Assembly (NCBI RefSeq): GCF_006345805.1
Contig: NC_043002.1
Span: 18,786,001 to 18,850,000, forward strand
Direction: 5' to 3'
Length of the DNA: 64,000 nt
From: Octopus sinensis
Lineage: Eukaryota
A program made the translations under genes and the position numbers. Within the stretch, counting starts at the first letter, position 1. Every line of letters starts with the position of its first letter. This document shows, piece by piece, positions 52,229 to 64,000 of this stretch. Under the pieces are notes generated by a model, which saw only the letters and a list, made by a program, of their open reading frames with translations, ran no database searches and had not been told where the DNA came from.

Positions 52229-52271
52229 CCACCTGAAGATTGTCGATCAAGACAAGAAACAATTGTAGTGG
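52229..52271 (+). ncRNA. Type I hammerhead ribozyme, canonical core, palindromic helix III
   Basis: CCAC-CTGAAGA-TTGTC-gatcaa-GACAA-GAAA-CAATTG-TA-GTGG; helices I and II perfectly paired; GUA cleavage after 52267. Confidence 0.85.
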
Positions 52272-53224
52272 CGGTTTTTTTGACTATTTATTAAAATTTT
52301 ATGTATTGATTAAGTCTTTCCTTGTTTGTTTTGCAAAATAGTGGTTTTGTCTCTAATAATATTTTATTATATATATATATATATATATGTAAACAGTTAA
52401 AAATAAATACAAACTGGGACAAGAACGTGAAACACCAAGGAGACGACACAAGAACCACAGGATGGGGCATTCGAAGCCCTCAGTCATATATATATATATA
52501 TATATGCACACACACACACGCGCGCGCACACGCATGCACACACACATACCTACTATATTGTTTAAAGTGGATATTATATATATATTTGTACACTATCCTG
52601 CACGCATGTAATCTGTGATAGTCCGAATTTACTATCCACTGAGTGAGAAACAAAACGCCAACGTATGCTCAGCAACACTGAATATAAGCAAGTCAGATTC
52701 TAGTGCGTTTTTTTTAATGTTACGGACTGTTTCAATTAATACGAATAAACTGACCATACTTCTAAAGACTCCGCCGGTTACGACGACGAGGGTCCCAGCT
52801 GATACGATCAACGGAACAGCTTGCTCGTGAAATTAACGTGCAAATGGCTGAGCATTCCACAGACACGTGTACCCATAACGTAGTTCTCGGGGATAATCAG
52901 CGTGACACAGAGAGTGACAAGACTGACCCTTTGAAATACAAGTACAACTCATTTTTGCCAGCTGAGTGGACTGGAGCAACGTGAAATAAAGTGTCTTGCT
53001 CAAGGACACAACGCGTCGCCGGGAATCGAACTCACAACCTTACGATCATGAACCGAATGCCCTAACCACTAAGCCACGCGCCCTCCAAACTAACCATACA
53101 ACTATGGACTGTTTATCCAGTTAATACGCATAAACTGACCATGCAGTTATTGTCTGTGCTAAATGTATAATGTATTATGGACATCATTATGCTCCGTTAA
53201 TCCTTTCTACTAAAAGCGCAAGGC

Positions 53225-53590
53225 CAGAAATTTGCGGGAGGGGAAAAGTCGATTGCATCGACCCCAGTGTTTCACTGGTATTTTATTTATCGACCCCGAA
53301 AGGATGAAAGGCAAAGTCGACCCCGGTGCAATTTGAACTCAGAATGTAGCGGTAGACGAAATACCTATTTCTTTACTACCAAAAAGGGGCTAAACACAGA
53401 GAGGACAAACAAGGACAGACAAACGGATTAAGTCGATTATATCGACCCCAGTGCGTAACTGGTACTTATTTAATCGACCCCGAAAGGATGAAAGGCAAAG
53501 TCGAACTCAGCGGAATTTGAACTCAGAACGTAGCGGTAGACGAAATACCGCTAAGCATTTCGCCCGACGTGTTAACTATTCAGCCAGCTC
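53225..53590 (-). mobile_element. Two tandem Nin/Deu-domain SINE copies
   Basis: gagttcaaattcc...gtcgactttgcctttcatcctttcggggtcgat...aagtaccagt occurs twice. Confidence 0.7.
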
Positions 53591-53853
53591 ACCGCCTTAT
53601 TATGCTGTGTTAATGAAATTAATATTGGGATATTAATAATTATGTTGCATCTCATTGTTTACAAAGTTCCACTTATTTGTGTAAAATATTGGCTCACACA
53701 AGGAAAATTACATAATCTATTCATGCGGAAGTGTGTGTGTTCGACTCGAATTTGGCAATCGATACTGGAGTATGTATGCTATTATCTATGTTTGTGCCTT
53801 TGTGAACATTTGCAGGTGTGCATATATGGGAATGAATATACGTGTGTGTGTGC

Positions 53854-54845
<992 letters not shown>

Positions 54846-54921
54846 AAAAGAACATATCGACAAAAGTAATGCAACTAAGTTGGCTAGCCACGTATGGAGT
54901 TTGAAGACCAGCTCCATATAA

Positions 54922-55919
54922 TTAGGTTATTCCGAAAATAATGACCGATTTCAGAAATATAATTTTATTCTGGAAAAATTAACAATAGAAATGATTTGAT
55001 TAGTCAAAGTATGAGCCGTGAACCTCTATGCATCCCTGCCATCCATCCACGAGATTATTTATGCTTCGTTGATAAAAACGTATTGGTTTTGATGCTAAGA
55101 AAGCTTTGAAAGCCGATTCCACTTATGGATTGGGCCTGAAAGTTTTATCACTTAAAAATGTGTTTGAATGCTTTAAAAATGTAGTCAGTGGGTGAAAAGT
55201 GAAGTCAGAGGAGAATATGGAGGATGTGGTAAAGTCTCGTATCCCAAGTCTGTTAGTTTCTGCTGCGTCATTCTTTCAACATGTGGCTTTGCATTATCGT
55301 GGAGCAGAACTGGGCCACACCGATTCACCCATGCAGGTCTCATTTTTTTGCAAGTGAGCATGAATTTCAGCGACTTGATTGCAGTAAACCTCTGCTGTAA
55401 TGCTCTGATTGGCTTCCAGAAAGCTGTAATGGACAACACCAATTGCAGACCATCAGACAGTCACCACAATCTTTTGTTGATGCAACATTGGATTTGGGAA
55501 ATGTTTAGGCGACTCATCACGATCAAGTCGTCGATCTGATCGTTTACGGCTATCATAAAGGCTCCACTTTTTGTCACAAGTAACTATTCGGTCAAGAAAA
55601 TGATCATTGGTGTTTCGTAGAAAGAGCATTGAGCACACTAGTGGACCCCTCTCCCCATGCTCTGTTGATATTGGCTGCAGTTTGGGAGGCATTGTGCCCA
55701 AGCTTGAACTCATTCAGGGGCCTTATTTTCCATGTTCATAATTAAGGGCACCTATGCTTTAAGATTGTTTTCTCCCTGAGATAAGTAGGAAATGATTAAA
55801 GAGCATACATCACTTATTAACTATGCCGAAATTCACCTAAAATATAATTAAAATACTATGATAATATTGCGTTTCAAAACACAACACGTAGAGCGGCCAT
55901 TATTTTCAAAACAACCTAA
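54922..55919 (-). mobile_element. Mariner remnant, duplicate of 23451-24461 including flanks
   Basis: Same TIRs and motifs; flanks 54856-54918 and 55921-55951 also shared. Confidence 0.9.
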
Positions 55920-55959
55920 TACATAAATTCAAGTGGAGAATCATGGAGAAATCTACTTT

Positions 55960-56540
55960 GACATGGTTTATTCAGCTGGATGCCCTATCTGACGCCAACC
56001 AATTGACAGCATGTGCTAGGTGCTTTTTTTCGTGCAACCAGCACTGCTGAGGTCACCAAGCTGTACGCAAGACGACGAACCCTAATGGCCGAGTGGTAGC
56101 TTTACGCTAGTGGATGAGGGTTTGGAATATGAAGAGTTTGGAGTGAAAAGTAGGTTCTATGCTTCATATGTCCATACCAGTAAAGACTTCTTCTTTACAC
56201 ACGACACCTGATTTTGTCTTATGCATTGTTCGTCTCTTAGTGCAGTATTTATACTATGTTGGACGTGCACTTATGTTGCACATCCAACAGAGCACGCTTG
56301 CTTTATTTCTTTCCAGTCTTCTCAGGCCCTCTGAACTCAATGCCCCAGTAGCATTGCAGTTCTAACCCAAACATCGTATGATCAACACTTTGACCTATTG
56401 GAAATATTCTTGCCAACAGTTGCAGCAGAACTTTCTCCAAACCGTTCTTAATCTGTTTGCTATATTTTCAGAGCAACCACCTCGTTTACTGGTTATACTT
56501 ACCAGATAACTAAAGCTATGAACTAATTCTAATGAACAAA
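55960..56540 (-). mobile_element. RTE LINE remnant
   Basis: LELVHSFSYL...GGCSENIANRLRTVWRKF; 3' UTR similar to the 27790 element. Confidence 0.65.
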
Positions 56541-56842
56541 GTTGTGTATGTGTGTGTGTATGTGTGTGTATGCATGTATGTGTGCGCGTATGTGTGTAGG
56601 TGTGTGTGTGCATGTATGTGTTGTCAGGTCAGTCTTGGGTGCTATATATAGCATGTAATCCAGTACAACCTGTTGCATGGTCAAATCATTGGCGACCGCA
56701 GCAGTCTTGTTTGGTGAGGAGGGTGATTGTTGGACACTATGCGGGACGAAAGTTGAGACCCGTCAAAGGGCGGAGAAACTCATGAGTAGTCAATGGCTTT
56801 CCAACAAATATGTGTAAATATGTATATACCGCTTTATATATT

Positions 56843-56927
<85 letters not shown>

Positions 56928-57076
56928 GTAGGGAAACGTGCGTAGTCTTTTTACTACTATTTACTATTTATTGTACTTTATTGATTTAAAATAAGTTTTT
57001 ATTATAGTATATGTTTTCTATATGGTGCGAACAACATTTTTCTTCATTGAATTATTTAATAGTGGTTTTCCTCTAA

Positions 57077-58015
<939 letters not shown>

Positions 58016-58058
58016 TATATGACGGAACGCACGCATCCATTTCTAAGTAAGATTGTTC

Positions 58059-58176
<118 letters not shown>

Positions 58177-58299
58177 TATATACATATATATATATATACA
58201 CGTTCTTTTTATATATGTCTTATTTCATGTATATTCCAAATTACATATCTTTTACGTTTTTTAAATCTTTTTTATATTTATGTAGTTTTTTTATGTATG

Positions 58300-59640
58300 T
58301 ATGAGGTGCTCCACGTCGGATACTGAAATGATATTTAATCACTCTATGGAGCATTTGGTTGTCGGTTTGGTGTTTGGCAAGGGATAGCGTACCTCATGGG
58401 CAGGTAGAAGCTCTTTAACTTTGGTTAGTAATCTACCTAGGAGAAGGAAATCTCCAAAATAAAACTTGAGATCTTGGGAGTTCCCTGTTTTACCAATTCT
58501 CATGCCACACCGGCGAAAGTTTTCTTGGGCCAATAGGTGGGGGTAATGCAGTGCAATCTGCACCCATCTACACAGATACTTCTTGTACACCAAATCTTAG
58601 TAAAATTATTCAATTGGTTGGCAGAAACCTAAAAATGCACTTGCAATTTTCACTGAAATGTCTCAGACAGATTCAGTAAATGGCAAAAATGGTGTGGGAA
58701 CGTCAGCGGAACACGTCTGGCGCGGCAGGTGTCCTAGTGTGTCACAGGCTGGGCCCGGTCGTCATCCTGCCACTGTGGTCAAACAATCATCAAGTAGAAG
58801 AAAAAATAAATATCCACTGAACTCCGGTTGTTGGAATGTGCGCACACTTCTAGATGATAATTTCAACAAGAGGCCAGAAAGTCGTACTGCACTTATTGCA
58901 TATGAGCTTTAAAATATTCCCTTGATATACTTGCGCTCTCTGAAACTCCTCTCTCCGGTGAGGGTCAAATAAATGAACCTACTTATGGATATACTATCTT
59001 CTGGAGAAGCCTACCCGAGGGTCAGCGTAGAGAATCTGGTACTGGGATTGCTCTCAAGAATTCATTTGTATCCTCCATTGCAGAATTTTCAAGTGGTATA
59101 TCTGAACAAACCATATCATACCGCATAAAACTGACAAAAGGTAGATTTCTTATTGTTGTCAGTATTTATGTACCAACAATGTCTCATTCTGATGAAACTG
59201 TAGGAAATGTTAATGATGATCTAGTACAATTATTGAGGAAAGTACCAATATCTGACAAGCTGGTCATATTCAATACAAGAGTTGGAAATGACTACATTTC
59301 ATGGCTTGTTTTAGACCGACATAGGATTGAAAAATGGAGTAGCTCTTTTGACATTTTGTACTGAGAATAATCTGGTTGTTACCAACACTCTGTTTAAGCA
59401 ATAAAATAAATATAAAACCACCTAGAGGCACCCAAGATCTAAGGACTGGTATCTCATAGATTATATTTTGATCAGGAAGTGTGATATGAAAGATTTTTCT
59501 AATGTTTAGGCCATGAGAGGAGCAGAGAGCTGGACTGACCATTGTCTAGTGCGTGAAAAAACGAATTTTTCGATAATGCCTAAAAGTCGACAGTCTGGTC
59601 CTAAGGCACCCAAAAAGTTAAATATTGCAAACTTTACTCT
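58300..59640 (+). mobile_element. RTE LINE 5' end (UTR + APE endonuclease), decayed
   Basis: GCWNVRTLLD...RTALIAYEL, LALSET, YTIFW, SHxLDYIL-like motifs with stops. Confidence 0.8.
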
Positions 59641-60664
59641 CACTTGCACAAACAACAGTTTGTGCAAGTGAGAGTAATATGTAAGAGAATAGAATAGAAG
59701 GATTCGTATTACTGCAATTAGATTTGTGCTTAAATCGAAAAGGTCTTAAATAATTCATGAATACAAGAAGGGAACGATTCATTTAATGATTGTACTGGGT
59801 TATGCGGTAACATTAGTATAAATTCTTTCAAACATAACCAGCACGGCACATTTTGACCTCGATATGAAGGACCATTATCAATGACAAACCAGGTTATGTG
59901 ACATGCTATACTTTTTATCTGGGGTTATATATTTGGTCGGCTAGTGAAGTAGATTTATTATGTTTATCAGATTTAAAAGAGCTCGGATGAGCTCAGTATC
60001 GATGTTTAAAGTTAACGTTTGCTCCAATGTAAACTTTGATAGAGTTTAGTTGCTTGTAAAGGAACGAACACTTATAACGTTGAAGCTTCTGTAGTTAGCT
60101 TGCAACGGATAGTTAGCGGGTATTTTGAAGTTGCAGTCGGTGCCATTTCGCTTATTATCCTTTTTCCTTATATCTGTTATTATTACTATCACTAAGAAAT
60201 CTATGAAATCTAAGACCGATTTAGTTGGGTCCATCAGATTCACCCTCCTCGCACAAGGGGAATCTGAAAAGTTCCTAACTTTGGGTAAAAGAAAATACAG
60301 GCAGATCAATTAAGATTTTATACAACATATATTCCTCTCTCAGATTCACACACTTATTGCAGAGGTCCTTCTGTCCTGTAAAAGAATTCGGAAGGTTGGG
60401 CCTCTAATCAAGCCTTTTTGCGATGCCCTTAAAGCCAGAAACTTTTCAGCAGCTCCTCGTATGTATTATATTCAAGTATGTTTTTCGTGTTATCCACGCT
60501 ATTATTGCTAAGATTAGCTATATAAGTATTATTAGTGATAGAGGGAATAGATCCCCTGATCTCTTGAGAGTTGGACAAGCTATTGCAGTTGATTGGCACT
60601 GTTGTTGGCTTAACCATTGTTGTTGTTGTTGTTGTTGTCGTCGCCGTCATTGTTGCTGTTGTTG

Positions 60665-61370
<706 letters not shown>

Positions 61371-62328
61371 TTCATTTGTCGTGGTTTGCAAATTATATTT
61401 GCTAAATTTTCACATATTTTCTACAGCTATAACTGATCCAGTGTTAGGTGTAGCTAAATAAGATAATTTAAGAGTGGATAAGTTAAAGATTGAGTGCTAC
61501 TTATGCTGCGGTGGAAAATTTTATTTAATAAAGCCGAATAACTGCTTAAGTACTCCCTCATCGTTTAAAGAGAAGTTGGGTGTATACTAAATAATATTTA
61601 TTCTCCTGCTTTTATTGGGTAATCGTAAGGGCCATGGTATTCGTGTTCCGACTGCATATCTGGGATATGTTTTCATCCCAGGATTATCTATCGTAAGAGT
61701 TTCTTGGGCTTTAGATTAGACGGAAGGACTTGTTGAGTGGATTGTTTGTTATGGATTATCCTATCTCTAGTCGGGTAGGTAATGGTCATAATTTCGGAGA
61801 GGGTAGAATTAGGATCCAGCAACGCTAAATAATAGTTAAGCTTACTGTTAGGTAAGAATTTCATTGCTGAGCACTGCAATTATGTTTGAATATATAAATT
61901 CCATGCTCTAAACGAACACCAATACCAATTATTTGCCGGATTATTAGTTCGTTTTAATGTATATGTACTCTCTCAATGATAAACGACATGTAGCCATTCA
62001 TTGCTAGGTGGCTGCATCAACACTTTGTCTTAGATGCAGTTCAAGTTGGAATTTCCTGAGGTAAGTCAATCCAAGCTCTTATTATATTCTTTAAGTAAAT
62101 ACCTCCCCCCTGTTTAAAGTTAAATGCAATATATCCTATGTTTGCTGTAAACACAAAAATTCAATGTAATTTTTATCTGTTATTAAAACCAGTCTATCTG
62201 TTAGTATTTACACCAAATAATTCTTTTCAATATTTATATTATACAAACATGGAATCTGAATCTTCTTCATGATTATCAAACAATGTTTGTATCGCGAAGA
62301 CGTCTATATGCACTGTGTGTATACTTAT

Positions 62329-62787
62329 AGACTGTGAGCTGCTGTCAATACATGTGTAGAATCAACCAAAGTACCTCCACATACACTAATCCTGTTATCT
62401 GTGGGTTGGTTAAATATTTGGAGATGGACAATAGATGGAAATTCACAGTTAGCTGCTTGAGATCCACCAACGATCTGCTCGTCAGGTTCTGAAAGAAAAT
62501 CACCAACCCAAATAAATATACATTTCTAGATGAATTATTCTTGAATGTCTACGATATATCTATCGCTGTGTTTTGTATGGTTGTAAGTTTGTAAGCAGTA
62601 ATTTCACACTAAATTAACGATTTAAAAATATATGTAGAATTTACTGATACAAGTATTAATATCGATGTCGGTCAGTATGAAGACGAGTTTTGAAAAGTTT
62701 AAACACGTAAAATCCCCTGATCAGGAGACATGACTTACTAGCCGAAACTGAAGCAATCGCAAAAAGAAGGCAACAGAGAGACAACAT
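62329..62787 (-). pseudogene. S1A serine protease copy D, exons 1-2 only, probable pseudogene
   Basis: Exon 1 62787-62739 ([16 protein letters not shown]) and exon 2 62488-62329 (KPDEQIVGG...TAAHS). Cys58>Ser, exon 2 donor GT>AT, TATA degenerate (TGTAACTA); exons 3-6 not found in window. Confidence 0.8.
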
Positions 62788-64000
62788 GGTGGTACTAGAT
62801 GTTTGGTTTCTGGTTTAGAAGTTCTGAACTGATGCCAGAGTTCGAGTGAGTGTGTTAGTTACAGGTTTTATTGGCAAGTGTCATTAGGAAAACGTCTTTA
62901 GAGAAAGAACAGCTGTAATTATCCGTCAATATTCAAACAATATAGCACAGAACAACAGAGAAGGTTTTAAAGTAAAGTATTTCATGTTATCATATGAAAT
63001 ATAAAATCAATAAAATTTTACATTATCTCACTAATGTGTTGTTCTAAATTCTATTGAATGAATATTGTCATCTTTTGAAATGTAATATTTTAAATTCATA
63101 TATCTTTGAAGTATCATTTTTATGGGCATTCATTGAAAAGAATTACCTTTTGTGTGATGATAAGATATATTTTATTATGTTGACCACACAGATGATTTCT
63201 AAGTAGATTGATCCACACATCTTGTTTATAAACATTGTATAGTTATTTCCAGTTTATGACTATTTTCTTCCTGTGAATAAACTCTGAAATATTGAGATTA
63301 GCGCCTTCATCCTGCTTGTCTAGTCACAACAACCACTACATGTAACAGTTATCAACTCTTTAAGGCAGTTAGGATGCAGAGGAGCTGGCACGGGACCGTC
63401 ATCCATTGAGAACATTGGTAGACCTGGTCGGCACTACGCATGATATTTACTGAACCACTAACCTGTGCTGACCCTAACCTCATCAAGCAAGAGCAAGAGG
63501 CAGCAAGCAAGCAAGGTGAAAATAATTATGTAATGGAAATTAGGAGCTCTAAATCCAATTTTTAGGTCATAAATTAAATGTTAATTCATTCTTAAGTGAA
63601 AGTTCCTATAAAGTTCTTATTTCTAAGCTAGATCTGTTGGGGAGTGTATTATTCATGTCTAGGGACCTCTTTCTGAAAGAAAGGCTACAAAATTAACTGA
63701 TAATTTCTGAAGGAAAATAGAAGTCAGCAACCTATATAGAGCAAGGTCAAGATGACGGAAGAATTAACACTTGAAAATACGACGATTAGAAATTCCAGCG
63801 CATAAGCTGCAATGTGATAGCATTCCTCTTAGACCTAGAATAGCGATGAACACCACATGGAAACCTTTATTTTAGAAAGACATCTATGATCCCAAAAAGC
63901 AAGTATTAAACTTTCTAATTTCTATTAGATAACCATCCGGTAGGACAATGTGAATGGCAATAAGTATTGGTCAAAGGCTAAGTACTGTATTATTATTAGC

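Noticed and set aside
56925-56950. GAAACGTGCGTAGTC as a hammerhead
   Set aside because: Only the 3' half is present; upstream is (TA)n.
58300-58400. HDV-like ribozyme at the RTE 5' end
   Set aside because: One 8-bp stem (gtgctcca/tggagcat) is present, but the nested double pseudoknot could not be identified by eye.

Overview
AT-rich, repeat-dense animal DNA. The SINE/LINE families and microsatellites look like an octopod cephalopod (Octopus), which is an inference. The only host genes are a cluster of six-exon secreted S1A (chymotrypsin-fold) serine proteases, missed by the ORF track because the exons are short. Copy A (-) has exons 1-3 in the window and a TTG in place of ATG. Copy B (+, 14018-22805) is intact at 255 aa. 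Copy C (-, 38702-45792) is intact at 259 aa. Copy D (-) has exons 1-2 only and is a probable pseudogene. An orphan upstream relic sits at about 8.05-8.42 kb. B and C are arms of an approximately 11-kb inverted duplication, and A and C are direct repeats about 40.7 kb apart. Two signals stand out. (1) Protease exons have diverged far faster than their introns, almost entirely by amino-acid changes in substrate-binding loops, including S1 residue 189 (Ser vs Ala); this resembles venom or digestive enzyme diversification. (2) The window holds a dozen type I hammerhead-ribozyme-like motifs in five sequence families; four have a 6-nt palindromic helix III (dimer type) and one a 3-bp hairpin. They sit in Penelope-style tandem and inverted non-coding elements, including a retrozyme-like unit with a predicted 465-nt monomer. 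Also present are mariner, CR1-group, RTE, Tx1, R4/Dong-like and Penelope remnants, a solo LTR, and a short LTR element with an extended tRNA-Trp primer site. All counts were made by eye. Boundaries of repeats are approximate; exon boundaries were checked for phase.
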